The translations under genes were made by a program, and so were the position numbers. Of a DNA stretch of 50,114 nt, positions 50,011 to 50,114 are shown piece by piece. The notes beneath the pieces are model-generated. The model saw only the letters and a program-made list of their open reading frames with translations, was not told the DNA's origin and ran no database searches. Origin of the DNA: a virus; IMG/VR virus record IMGVR_UViG_3300015195_000002, positions 1 through 50,114 of that record; one strand, written 5' to 3'. How positions within the stretch are numbered: the stretch's first letter is position 1; each line of letters opens with the position of its first letter.

Positions 50011-50114
50011 CAGAGCCGCTCCGCTGCCTTTCCCGGTCCAGGCACTCGGGTAACCACAGTGCCGAGCTGAACAAATTCTCGAAAGAAAGCATTTCGATTC
50101 TCGCCGCGATAGAC
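49988..50114. repeat. Terminal direct repeat, copy 2 of 2 (identical to 1..127)
   Basis: See copy 1. 50010..50114 duplicates the 3' end of the methyltransferase gene. Confidence 0.9.

Overview
The window is one complete, circularly closed phage genome. Its unique length is 49,987 bp, and 1..127 is repeated exactly at 49988..50114. The phage is GC-rich, temperate, and has a long non-contractile tail (siphovirus-like). Almost everything is read on the minus strand as one continuous early-to-late series with pervasive ATGA/TGATG/GTGA start-stop overlaps. The early series starts at a Cro-like gene (13547) and runs through many small Zn-ribbon/RHH genes. It continues with an SSAP-like annealase, a DUF3987-type helicase/initiator carrying iterons and an AT-rich island, and a PD-(D/E)XK nuclease. 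Next come a ThyX-like enzyme, an ECF-type sigma factor, a secreted beta-helix depolymerase, a two-HTH (sigma-r4 + GcrA-like) regulator and a ParB-Dam methyltransferase. Across the circle junction the late series begins with small and large terminase, portal and fibre-like genes. It continues with prohead protease-scaffold, a decoration-like protein, the major capsid protein and connectors, followed by two tail-tube paralogues, a G/GT chaperone with a -1 frameshift, a short tape measure, a hub, a BNR propeller and three fibre genes. It ends with a papain-like peptidase, membrane coiled-coil proteins and a DUF1906-type endolysin. There are three plus-strand exceptions. The first is the lysogeny block: a CI-like repressor, a large serine integrase, and a six-gene cassette behind a near-consensus promoter. 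The second is a free-standing LAGLIDADG homing endonuclease abutting the capsid gene. The third is a small membrane-protein gene nested between tape measure and hub. No rRNA, tRNA, CRISPR array, reverse transcriptase or transposase was recognised. All functional calls rest on motifs read in the supplied translations, on synteny and on hand-read DNA; no database search or folding program was available, so family names are hypotheses.
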